Shown: positions 10,050 through 18,490 of the stretch, one piece after another
How the letters are laid out: every line of letters begins with the position of its first letter
Position numbering within the stretch: position 1 is the first letter of the stretch
NCBI GenBank assembly: GCA_002402545.1
Contig: DHGA01000037.1
Coordinates: 39,180 to 103,179, forward strand
DNA: 64,000 nt
Source: Syntrophaceae bacterium UBA4810
GTDB taxonomy: Bacteria; Desulfobacterota; Syntrophia; Syntrophales; Smithellaceae
Direction: 5' to 3'
Notes under the pieces: model-generated
Database searches by the model: none
Told to the model about the DNA's origin: nothing
What the model saw: the letters and a program-made list of their open reading frames with translations, nothing else
Made by a program: the position numbers and the translations under genes

Positions 10050-10823
10050 TTACATCTTCGCGGATTTGGTTTTTTCCTGATTTTTCTTATTTATCTTTTC
10101 CTGCTTCGCCTTATTTACTCTTTCCTCTTCAGCGATTTTTTCTTTTGTTTCACTAATAAAATATTTTACCTTGTAATCAAAGCCGAGATTAGCGTATTCG
10201 CGTTCTATCGTTTCAAAGCGCGCCAGCGCGGCCTGATACTTTTTCTGCTTTAAATAAAACTGCCCCACGTAGAATTCGTGTTCCGCCATTTTTTGTTTGC
10301 AGTCCCTGATTTTTTCTTCGGCCATAATGGAGAATTTGCTTTCCGGGTAACGCGCCGCAAGCTTTTCGAATTCTCTTCTTGCCCTTATCGTGTAAGTCTG
10401 ATCGCGGTCGATAGATTCTATCTGGTTGTAGTGGCACATTCCCAACTGATAAATGACATACGGCACATTTTCATTTGTGGGGTGAAAAATAAGGAAATCA
10501 CTGTATTCATTTTCCGCTTCGGCATATTTCTTTTGACTGAAATAAGAATCGGCAACGCCTATTCTGGCCATAACCGCCAGTTCATGCAACGGGTATTCCT
10601 CTTTGACGCGTGTAAAATACTGCCGGGATTTTTCATATTTCTTTTTACTGAACTCATACGCGCCGTTGGCGTAAAGCCCTTCCGGGTTGGAGGCGAATTT
10701 CGGCCGGCTGCCACCGAACAGATTGGAAAAGGAAATCTGGCAACCGCTCAAAAAAACCAGTAGCAGCAGGGTTGTGACAATTAATTTGAAAGGTGATTTT
10801 TTATTCAATCTTTTTAAACTCAT
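10050..10823 (-). CDS. bamD: Outer membrane protein assembly factor BamD (TPR lipoprotein)
   Basis: Lipobox 'LLVFLSGC'. TPR-like repeats with 'YPLHELAVMARIGVADSYF', 'HPTNENVPYVIYQLGMCHY', 'YPESKF'. Confidence 0.75.
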   Translation of the reverse strand: MSLKRLNKKSPFKLIVTTLLLLVFLSGCQISFSNLFGGSRPKFASNPEGLYANGAYEFSKKKYEKSRQYFTRVKEEYPLHELAVMARIGVADSYFSQKKYAEAENEYSDFLIFHPTNENVPYVIYQLGMCHYNQIESIDRDQTYTIRARREFEKLAARYPESKFSIMAEEKIRDCKQKMAEHEFYVGQFYLKQKKYQAALARFETIEREYANLGFDYKVKYFISETKEKIAEEERVNKAKQEKINKKNQEKTKSAKM

Positions 10824-10862
10824 TTGCTTCCTTCTATCCCTTAAATTTAAGTTAACGGTTTT

Positions 10863-11189
10863 TTAACCCTTCTTCACCAGTTCCAATATTTTTTCTTTAG
10901 CGACAAGTCCGATAATACTGTCCACAGCTTTTCCATCTTTAAAAAGAATCATGGTGGGTATGCTGCGCACACCAAAATTTACGGCTGTTTTCTGATTATC
11001 ATCGACATTCATTTTCATGATTTTAACGCTGTCTTTCAGTTCGCCGGCCAATTCTTCAATAACTGGTCCGATTGCCTTACACGGACCGCACCACGGCGCC
11101 CAAAAATCAATCAGCACAGGTTTTTCGCTTTTTAAAACTTCACTTTCAAAGTTATCATCGGTGGCTGTTTTCAAAAATTCACTGCCCAC
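10863..11189 (-). CDS. trxA: Thioredoxin
   Basis: 'DFWAPWCGPCK' active site in a 108-aa protein. Apparent GTG start. Confidence 0.9.
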   Translation of the reverse strand: MGSEFLKTATDDNFESEVLKSEKPVLIDFWAPWCGPCKAIGPVIEELAGELKDSVKIMKMNVDDNQKTAVNFGVRSIPTMILFKDGKAVDSIIGLVAKEKILELVKKG

Positions 11190-11341
11190 TGATCCACGCC
11201 CTCCCTGATTTTTGATTGAGGGCTTTTATGTCATAATACGCCTTAAAAAGTCAAATTCTATTTGCCCCGGGATTTTAGCCGATCAATTTTTTGACTGAAT
11301 AAGGTTAATCTGCTATGAATGCAGTAATTAAGGGAGGTTAT

Positions 11342-12046
11342 ATGGGTTTAGTCGGCGTTATTTCCACAACATTGGTCATGGAAAGAAGCACTTTTTTAAA
11401 AGAAGCAAAACCTAAAATGCAGGATAATGAATTCGGCCGGGCCGCCGTTTACTTGTATGAAGGAATCGCTCTGATTTTGCGTCACGGTGATGATCCCCAT
11501 CATCACATACTGCCTCATATGATAAATCATCGCGCCAATTTAAAGGCGTTGAAGGAAATCGGCGTCAGAGAAATAATAGGAATTAATTCCACTGGTTCCC
11601 TTAAAAAAGAACTGCCTCCCGGCACAATTGTTATCCCTGATGATTTTGTGACGCTTACCGCCACGCCGACCATTTTTCAGGATAGCGTCGTGCACATAAC
11701 ACCAAGCTTAAACGAAGAAATACGCCAAAAATTGATTAACGCGGCAAAACGTTGTTCACTACCTGCGGTGGAAAAAGCGACTTACTGGCAGACACAGGGG
11801 CCGCGACTGGAAACAAAAGCGGAAATCAGAATGATGGCAAATTTTGCCGATATCGTCGGCATGACGATGGCCAATGAAGCCGTCATCGCCATGGAACTGG
11901 AGCTGCCCTATGCCAGCGCCTGTTCCGTGGATAATTTCGGCCACGGCCTCGTGGAAAAACCATTAAGCCTGGAAGAAATACTGGAAGGCACGCGCCAAAA
12001 CGCCGATTTGATGGTTAAGCTGCTGGAAAGCTATTTAAAAATTTAA
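11342..12046 (+). CDS. MTAP-family purine nucleoside / methylthioadenosine phosphorylase-like protein
   Basis: 'ETKAEIRMMANFADIVGMTMANEAVIAMELELPYA' resembles the MTAP/PNP family C-terminal region. ATG 11342 sits behind the RBS AGGGAGG (11331-11337). Confidence 0.7.
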   Translation: MGLVGVISTTLVMERSTFLKEAKPKMQDNEFGRAAVYLYEGIALILRHGDDPHHHILPHMINHRANLKALKEIGVREIIGINSTGSLKKELPPGTIVIPDDFVTLTATPTIFQDSVVHITPSLNEEIRQKLINAAKRCSLPAVEKATYWQTQGPRLETKAEIRMMANFADIVGMTMANEAVIAMELELPYASACSVDNFGHGLVEKPLSLEEILEGTRQNADLMVKLLESYLKI

Positions 12047-12104
12047 TTTCAGAAAAGTGCAAGTGTTTTCAAACACAAAAATCCCGGCTCTTCGATATTA
12101 TACG

Positions 12105-12140
12105 GATTGCTTCTTCGCCCTGCGATCTCATCGCAATGAC
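12105..12140. repeat. Palindromic intergenic repeat, family A (GATTGC...TCGCAATGAC)
   Basis: 'gattgcttcttcgccctgcgatctcatcgcaatgac' is the inverse orientation of the GTCATTGCGA...GAAGCAATC unit seen elsewhere. Confidence 0.7.
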
Positions 12141-12171
12141 AATAGCATAACCAGAGAAACGACTATTTTAA

Positions 12172-12606
12172 TCAGAAAGCGCCCAGCTGGCACGGCTTGA
12201 CTTTTATTTTCAGCGTCTCACAGGCGGCGCAAACTCTCATCCGGGGAATATTCAACTGGGCGGCAATCTTCCATGCCGCCGCGCAGGGAAGCCTTCCGTC
12301 TTGCAGCGCCTGTTCTATCTTTGTTTTCAGTTCCGGTGCGACTTCTTTTGCCGGCTGCACAATTTTTTCCTTGTCGCCGTAGCCGAAAAGCCCAAGCTGA
12401 CATTCGATAATATTTTTATTCAGAATATCTATGGCTTTGCCGACATCTCCGATGGTTACGCCTTTTTTGACGGCAATTTCCTCCGCCTTTTTGCAGGCAA
12501 TATTGTTATCCTGCGCCTGCGCAAGAATTTCTTTTTTCAAACCTTCATCTAATGTGGAATCTTTCGGATGCTTTTCGAAATATTTACCTTTATCCTGGTG
12601 CGCCAT
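12172..12606 (-). CDS. Hypothetical protein with an internal duplication of a Cys...C-QLG-x-F module
   Basis: Two related halves: 'IACKKAEEIAVKKGVTIGDV...ECQLGLFGY' and 'LPCAAAWKIAAQLNIPRMRV...PCQLGAF'. Lies 17 nt downstream of the ACT gene in the paaK operon. Confidence 0.5.
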   Translation of the reverse strand: MAHQDKGKYFEKHPKDSTLDEGLKKEILAQAQDNNIACKKAEEIAVKKGVTIGDVGKAIDILNKNIIECQLGLFGYGDKEKIVQPAKEVAPELKTKIEQALQDGRLPCAAAWKIAAQLNIPRMRVCAACETLKIKVKPCQLGAF

Positions 12607-12622
12607 TTTACCCCCTTATCAC

Positions 12623-13054
12623 TTACATTGCGGAAAGAGTTTTTGTGTCTAAAGTTTTAAAACCGTTTTCTTCAAGAAGCTTTTCAGTTTTTTGCGTTTG
12701 GTCAACATCAACGACGAATACCGCCGTTTTTGAACCTTCCAGCACAAAGCCATAGGCGTTATTGACGTTGATTTTTTCTTTATGGAGCAATTGAGTAAGG
12801 CTATCCAGCCCGCCTGGTTTGTCCGGAATCAAAACGGCCAAAACCTCGCGCAGATGAACGGTCATACCCGCCCGGGAAAGAGCTGTCTCCGCTCTTTGCG
12901 GATCATCCACAATCAGGTTGACCACGCCAAAGGTATCCGCGGTGGCAATTGTCGTGGCGCGGATATTTATTTTTTCCCTGTTTAAAACGCCGGTCACCGC
13001 CGCGAGCTTCCCCGGCTTGTTTTCCGCGAAAATAGAAAGTTGATACGCGATCAT
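12623..13054 (-). CDS. ACT domain-containing protein (tandem ACT)
   Basis: Two ACT-like halves, 'LSIFAENKPGKLAAVTGVL' and 'LAVLIPDKPGGLDSLTQLL'. Typical partner of phenylacetate-CoA ligase. Confidence 0.75.
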   Translation of the reverse strand: MIAYQLSIFAENKPGKLAAVTGVLNREKINIRATTIATADTFGVVNLIVDDPQRAETALSRAGMTVHLREVLAVLIPDKPGGLDSLTQLLHKEKINVNNAYGFVLEGSKTAVFVVDVDQTQKTEKLLEENGFKTLDTKTLSAM

Positions 13055-13080
13055 AATGTTCTCCTTTTTATTTTGCTAAA

Positions 13081-14379
13081 TTAATCTTTTCTGTTATCGA
13101 CAACACGGACGGCTTTTCCTTCACCCTTCGGGATGCTGTCCGGTTCCACCAAATTTACTTTCGGTGTAATCAGAATTTCGCTTTTTAGTTCTTCCACAAT
13201 TTTTCTTCTTAAACCTTCCAGTTGTTTCATGTCGCCGGAAAAATACTTTTTATCCACTTCCACCTTGACCATCATATCATCATTGAAACCTTCGCGCTCT
13301 AAAATAATCAGGAAGTTTGTGCCGACGCCTTCAATCTCCATCAGTTTCTTTTCCACCTGCATGGGATAAATATTGACGCCCTTAAGAATCAGCATATCGT
13401 CTGTTCTGCCTTTGATCCGTTCTATCCGGCGGTGTGTTCTGCCGCAGGGACAGCGCCCGGGGATAATTCTGGTCAAATCCTTGGTTCGATAGCGGATAAG
13501 TGGCATACCTTCCCGCTGCAGTGAAGTCAAAACCAGTTCGCCTTCTTCTCCATCAGCTACCGGCTGCAGCGTCTTCGGATCGACTATTTCCACCAGAAAA
13601 CTATCTTCCCAGATATGCATGCCGTTTTGTTCAGGGCACTCAAAAGCCACGCCCGGCCCGTTCATCTCCGATAAACCATAGGAATTAAACGCCTTATAGC
13701 CGTAAATTTCTTCTATTTTTTTGCGCATTTTTTCCGTGTGCGGCTCCGCGCCTAAAAAAGCTATTCTTACTTTTGTGTCCCGGCGCGGGTCGAGCTTTAG
13801 CTCCGCAAAGACCGTGGAAAGATGCAGAGCGTAGCTGGGGATGACATGCACAACGGTTGTTTCAAAATCACGCATCAGCTGAATCTGCCGCTTGGAATTG
13901 CCCGCGCCCGCGGGAATGATCAGCGCGCCGATTTTTTCCGCTCCGTAATGAAAACCTAAACCGCCGGTAAAAAGCCCGTAAGTCATCATGTTCTGAAATA
14001 CATCTCTCTGGCGCATACCAACCATATACATGCAGCGCGCCAGAAGATTCGTCCAGACAGCAATGTCGCGAAGGGTGTGGAACACAACCGTCGCGCGCCC
14101 GGTAGTCCCGGAAGACGAATGCATGCGCACCAGTTTTTCCTTCGGCACGGCGACAAACCCGTAAGGCCAATGTTCGCGCAGATCATCTTTGATAGTAAAC
14201 GGAAACTTCTGTATATCGCTGACTGATTTTACAATCTTCGCGTTTAACTTATTATCTTTAAATAACTTTTCATAATAAAAAGATTTTTGCGCCCTTCTTA
14301 TCGTCTTTTGTAGAGCCGCCAGTTGCATTTTTTTCAGTTTGGCCTGGCCTATCTTTTCTACTTCTTGTTCCCAGTACAT
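13081..14379 (-). CDS. paaK: Phenylacetate-CoA ligase family protein
   Basis: 'HSSSGTTGRATVV' AMP-binding motif, 'YGLSEMNGPGVAFEC' and 'RTKDL' in a 432-aa protein, typical of PaaK. Confidence 0.85.
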   Translation of the reverse strand: MYWEQEVEKIGQAKLKKMQLAALQKTIRRAQKSFYYEKLFKDNKLNAKIVKSVSDIQKFPFTIKDDLREHWPYGFVAVPKEKLVRMHSSSGTTGRATVVFHTLRDIAVWTNLLARCMYMVGMRQRDVFQNMMTYGLFTGGLGFHYGAEKIGALIIPAGAGNSKRQIQLMRDFETTVVHVIPSYALHLSTVFAELKLDPRRDTKVRIAFLGAEPHTEKMRKKIEEIYGYKAFNSYGLSEMNGPGVAFECPEQNGMHIWEDSFLVEIVDPKTLQPVADGEEGELVLTSLQREGMPLIRYRTKDLTRIIPGRCPCGRTHRRIERIKGRTDDMLILKGVNIYPMQVEKKLMEIEGVGTNFLIILEREGFNDDMMVKVEVDKKYFSGDMKQLEGLRRKIVEELKSEILITPKVNLVEPDSIPKGEGKAVRVVDNRKD

Positions 14380-14452
14380 TTACTTCCTCCGCATATTCAT
14401 TGATATTTTTTTCAATTACGTCTCGATGAAACCTTTGCCTAATATCTATTCG

Positions 14453-14603
14453 GTCATTGCGAACACGATTTATCGGGACGAAGCAATCTGATGCAGTCGT
14501 TGCGAGGCGGCGCAAGCCACCCTTGTCATTGCGAACCCCGTGGCTGCGGGGTAAAGCAATCTTTAGAGATCGCCACGTCGCTTTCGCTCCTCGCGATAAC
14601 ACG
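14453..14603. repeat. Cluster of family A palindromic repeats
   Basis: Contains 'gtcattgcgaacacg..gacgaagcaatctg', 'gtcattgcgaaccccgtggctgcggggtaaagcaatct' and 'cgccacgtcgctttcgctcctcgcgataac'. Generates a spurious 117-aa ORF. Confidence 0.8.
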
Positions 14604-14680
14604 TTGAACGAATTGTTTTTCAATAACGCTCAATAGTTGCCGAATTTTATCAATGTCGATTAATTAATGCCACCGAATAA

Positions 14681-15589
14681 TTAAACTTTACTATATTTAT
14701 CGCCTTCCTTAATGATAATATCGTTTCTTTGCAGGCGCTCCAGGTGTTTATTGACCAAAACGCGCTCGTTGGCTTCAAAAAATTCCAGCGGTTTTCTGGG
14801 TTTTCCGTAAATCAGCCAGGCGGCGGATATTTTCTCCAATGTCAAAGGTTTTTTTGAGATAAAATCAAGGATTTTATTCTCGCGCTCGTAAATGATGTTT
14901 TCGTAATTATCCCAAAGCTTTCCCGGATTTTCCTCAAACAGGCCTTTTTCATGGCAGGCAATCCAGGTTTTAGCCGGAATATTCTTGAGTCGGCGGATGG
15001 ACTCAATGGTCTCTTCAATACTCGAGGCGGCATCGCCGTACCAGGGGCCAAAAGGCGTCAAATCATAATCGCCGATAAAAAGCAGTTCCTCTTCCGGGAA
15101 GAAAAAAGAAAGATGCCCGGGCGTGTGCCCCGGCGTGGCAATAGTTTGCACGGGGATGCCCCCAATATCCGTCTCCTCGTTTATCGGGAAAAAGTTTGCC
15201 GATTTCAGCGGCTGATAATTAAATTCCTTGCGCATAATTTCTTCCCAATAAGCGCGAAGTTTAGAGTCGTTTATCCCGTACCAGTCCAGAAAAGTTTCGA
15301 TATCAGTAAGCGGCGGAAAATCCGTTTCGGATATCCATACCGGCGCACCATCAAAAAGATACATGTAATGAATATGGTCTTCGTGCCAGTGCGAAAGCCA
15401 GACCATATCCACGCCTTCCTGGTCGCGCAGACACGTTAGCTTTTCCAAAGAGCACGCCGGATCAATAACAATACGCGCCTCCCTGCCCTGTATATAAACT
15501 GAATGATTAAACGGGTATTTGCCGTGATTTTCTCCGCTGATGAAACGCAGGCGGCCAAATTGCTTATCTTTCATAAAACCCTTTGTCAA
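14681..15589 (-). CDS. MBL-fold metallo-hydrolase
   Basis: 'LSHWHEDH' (HxHxDH) and downstream 'TPGHTPGH'. Confidence 0.8.
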   Translation of the reverse strand: MTKGFMKDKQFGRLRFISGENHGKYPFNHSVYIQGREARIVIDPACSLEKLTCLRDQEGVDMVWLSHWHEDHIHYMYLFDGAPVWISETDFPPLTDIETFLDWYGINDSKLRAYWEEIMRKEFNYQPLKSANFFPINEETDIGGIPVQTIATPGHTPGHLSFFFPEEELLFIGDYDLTPFGPWYGDAASSIEETIESIRRLKNIPAKTWIACHEKGLFEENPGKLWDNYENIIYERENKILDFISKKPLTLEKISAAWLIYGKPRKPLEFFEANERVLVNKHLERLQRNDIIIKEGDKYSKV

Positions 15590-15803
15590 TTTTAGGTTTA
15601 CTATAAAAAATAATTAAAACAATTTCCATAAGTAATTGCCCGCCGCTGCTCAGGACGCAAAAAACACCGGCACAGTAATTCAATATATTATGTTGATTTT
15701 CTTTAATTATATAGTAAAATTAACCGTAATGACCGCGCAACGACGTTAACTTTCAACATCATATTTACCGGCCGTCTCCCTAAAGAGGCTCGATGGAGGA
15801 AAT

Positions 15804-16814
15804 ATGAACACTGTCAGCACAAGAAGCGTCTTTTTTCTGCTTCTCACTATTTGCGCGGTAATCGGTTTTATCACGGCGGGCTGCAAGCCCCAAAAACAGG
15901 CCGCCCCGCCCGAGAGCATCACCATCGCTTATTCCACCGCGACCAGCGACATTTTATCCCATATCGCCTTCGCCAATAATTTTTATTTGGCGGAAGGCCT
16001 GGAAGCAATACCGCAGCCGCATGACTTCGGCAAACTTGCATTGCAATCTGTTCTTAACGGCAAAGCCAACATCGCGACGGTAGCCGATACTCCGATTATG
16101 TTTGCCGTCATGGAGGGCCGACCTGTCGCAATTATCGCCAGAATCCAGTCGTCGGAAAAAAATGAAGCCATTGTGGCCAGAAAAGACAGAGGAATTGTCA
16201 AACCCAGAGACCTCAAAGGTAAAAAAATAGGCGTCACGCGGGGCACGACGAGCGATTTTTTTCTGTATGCGTTTTTACTTGACCAGAATATCGAAAGAAA
16301 ACAGGTAAAAGTTGTCCATCTTACACCCGCCCAAATGCCTGCGGCCCTCAAAGCCGGAAAGGTGGATGCCGTTTCCACATGGAACCCCACGCTTTTCCAA
16401 CTGCAAAAAGAATGGAACGCGAAAGCGTCCTTGTTTTACGGTGAACATCTTTATGCCGAGTCTTTCTGTATCGTCGCCACGCAGGAATACGTAAAGAAAA
16501 ACCCTGAAGCAATAAAAAAACTCCTGCGCGCGCTGATCAAAGCCGAAAAATTTGCCCGGGAATACCCGGAAGATTCACGGCGGCTGGTGGCCGATTTCAT
16601 TAAAGCGGATAAGGCCTCTCTCGACGAATTATGGGAAATATTTGATTTTCGGATAACCCTTACCCAGGGACTTCTGCTGAGCCTTGAAGACCAGACCAGG
16701 TGGGCAATAAGACACGGATTAACGGCGCGACGGGACATGCCCAATTATCTGGATTACATATATTTTGACGGTCTGAAGGCGGTAAAACCGGAAGCGGTGA
16801 GAATTATACATTAG
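15804..16814 (+). CDS. ABC-type (NMT1/sulfonate-nitrate-like) periplasmic substrate-binding lipoprotein
   Basis: Signal/lipobox 'ITAGC'. Type 2 periplasmic-binding pattern 'LKGKKIGVTRGTTSDFFL...KVDAVSTWNP'. No permease or ATPase gene nearby. Confidence 0.65.
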   Translation: MNTVSTRSVFFLLLTICAVIGFITAGCKPQKQAAPPESITIAYSTATSDILSHIAFANNFYLAEGLEAIPQPHDFGKLALQSVLNGKANIATVADTPIMFAVMEGRPVAIIARIQSSEKNEAIVARKDRGIVKPRDLKGKKIGVTRGTTSDFFLYAFLLDQNIERKQVKVVHLTPAQMPAALKAGKVDAVSTWNPTLFQLQKEWNAKASLFYGEHLYAESFCIVATQEYVKKNPEAIKKLLRALIKAEKFAREYPEDSRRLVADFIKADKASLDELWEIFDFRITLTQGLLLSLEDQTRWAIRHGLTARRDMPNYLDYIYFDGLKAVKPEAVRIIH

Positions 16815-16839
16815 CGCCCGGCGCGAGGCTTGGCGTGCG

Positions 16840-17085
16840 AAGCGTCGTTCGTATCTCGTGAAGCGTTATTCGTGAAACGCGTAAGCCCGGCGTATGAGAC
16901 TGTGTCGTATGCCGGGTGAAGCGCAGAATATGTTAACTTTGGGAAACTTTTTTTCGTCATTCCGGGCTTGACCCGGAATCCAGAAAATAATTAATAAAAC
17001 TGGATACCGGCTTTCGCCGGTATGACAAAGCTCGAACGACGAAAAACAAGATATGAAATCCGGCGGCTGCCGGACGCTTCACTAG
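16840..17085. repeat. Composite intergenic element copy 1 (CGTGAAG repeats + family B nested palindrome + 34-nt hairpin motif)
   Basis: 'ccgggtgaagcgcagaatatgttaactttgggaaactttttttcgtcattccggg..ccggaatccagaaaataattaataaaactggataccggctttcgccggtatgaca' is nearly identical to 19228-19363. Confidence 0.85.
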
Positions 17086-17108
17086 ATACGAGATATGGAG
17101 AGAAGGGC

Positions 17109-18464
17109 ATGAAAATCAACAAAAGACTCAAACTCAGCGCCTGGTTTTCTCTTACCTCCTTATTGTTCATACTGTTTTCCCTTGCCTGGGCATTATGGAC
17201 GGCGCGCCAAGCAAATGATAATTTGCTTCTCGTCCATGAGATAGAAAGAACCGCCTTCGAACGCATTATATTGAGAGATAACTGGCTTTTTTATCCGGAG
17301 GAGCGGGCCAAAACGCAGTGGTACGCAAAAACCGAATACCTGCGAACCTTGCTGGATTCGGCGACGGACAGATTTACCGCTTCTGCGGCCAAAGCCCTGC
17401 TGCAGGACGCAAAAGAAAACTTTGCGGCGACAGCTTCCTTATTTCCCATGATTCTGGAGAGTCATAAACAAAACGCGCTTACTGCGCAAAAAAAACTCGC
17501 CTATACCGAAGCACAAGCAAGAATAATCAGCCAGGTTTTTTTAAAAGCCTATTCTTTAAATGACAATATCAGCAAGCTGCACGAACTGGCCAGAAAAGAA
17601 GAACTGGCGGCGCGTAACAAAGGCGTTGCTCTCGTCATCATTTTCATCATCATCGGCGTCACGGCGATGGTGGTCAATTCCACCCTGATCAGCGACATTG
17701 TGACAAAAAGAATAAAAGAACTCCTTGCCGGAATAGCGATTATCGGAGTCGGAAATCTGGAGCATCGCCTTTCCATAAAGGGAAACGATGAATTGGCGGA
17801 TCTGGCGCAGGAAATAAATGAAATGACGCAAAAGTTGAAACAATCTTACACTTCCGTGAAAAACCTGGAAAAAGAAATCACGGAGCGTGAAAAAATAGAA
17901 AAAAAAATAATAAAACTTTCCGCGCGCCAGCAGGCGCTTCTTTCTGCAATTCCCGATATCATCATGGAGGTGGATAATAATAAGATTTACACATGGGTAA
18001 ATGAACCAGGAAAACAATTTTTCGGCAATGATGTTATCGGCAAGGAAGCCGCTTTCTTCTTTGAAGGCAAGCAAGACACTTATGCCAAGGTGGCCGCTGT
18101 TTTTGAAGGTGCGGAAGATACGATTTATGTGGAGAGTTGGCAAAGGCGCCAAGACGGTGAAAAACGCCTGCTGTCCTGGTGGTGTCGCGCGCTAAAAGAT
18201 GAAAAAGGAAATGTTATCGGAGCTCTTTCTACCGCGCGGGATATCACCGAACAAAAAATTGCACAGGAAGAGATAAGAAAACTCAACGAGGAACTGGAGC
18301 AGCGCGTTGCTCAACGCACCGCTGAACTTATGACAAAAACCGCTGAACTGGAAAGAATAAATAAAGTATTTGTTGAAAGAGAACTACGCATGAGAGAATT
18401 GAAAAAACGCATAGAAGAATTGGAGAAAATCAGTGAAGCGCACATAAGTGACAAAGATAAATAA
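17109..18464 (+). CDS. Membrane sensor protein: 2 TM + HAMP + PAS + C-terminal coiled coil, no recognisable output domain
   Basis: Two TM segments. HAMP 'RIKELLAGIAIIGVGNLEHRLSIKGNDELADLAQEINEM'. PAS 'ITEQK' boundary. Ends in the coiled coil 'RTAEL..NKVFVERELRMRELKKRIEELEK'. The ORF-track start 17022 lies in a repeat, so ATG 17109 is preferred. Confidence 0.75.
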   Translation: MKINKRLKLSAWFSLTSLLFILFSLAWALWTARQANDNLLLVHEIERTAFERIILRDNWLFYPEERAKTQWYAKTEYLRTLLDSATDRFTASAAKALLQDAKENFAATASLFPMILESHKQNALTAQKKLAYTEAQARIISQVFLKAYSLNDNISKLHELARKEELAARNKGVALVIIFIIIGVTAMVVNSTLISDIVTKRIKELLAGIAIIGVGNLEHRLSIKGNDELADLAQEINEMTQKLKQSYTSVKNLEKEITEREKIEKKIIKLSARQQALLSAIPDIIMEVDNNKIYTWVNEPGKQFFGNDVIGKEAAFFFEGKQDTYAKVAAVFEGAEDTIYVESWQRRQDGEKRLLSWWCRALKDEKGNVIGALSTARDITEQKIAQEEIRKLNEELEQRVAQRTAELMTKTAELERINKVFVERELRMRELKKRIEELEKISEAHISDKDK

Positions 18465-18490
18465 CATGAACGCAAGGGGAGTAATTACAA

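Noticed and set aside
14270-14623. 117-aa ORF on the minus strand upstream of paaK
   Set aside because: It reads through the family A palindromic repeat cluster and overlaps the paaK 5' end in another frame. The translation has a repeat-derived 'RNDK/ATTAS' character.
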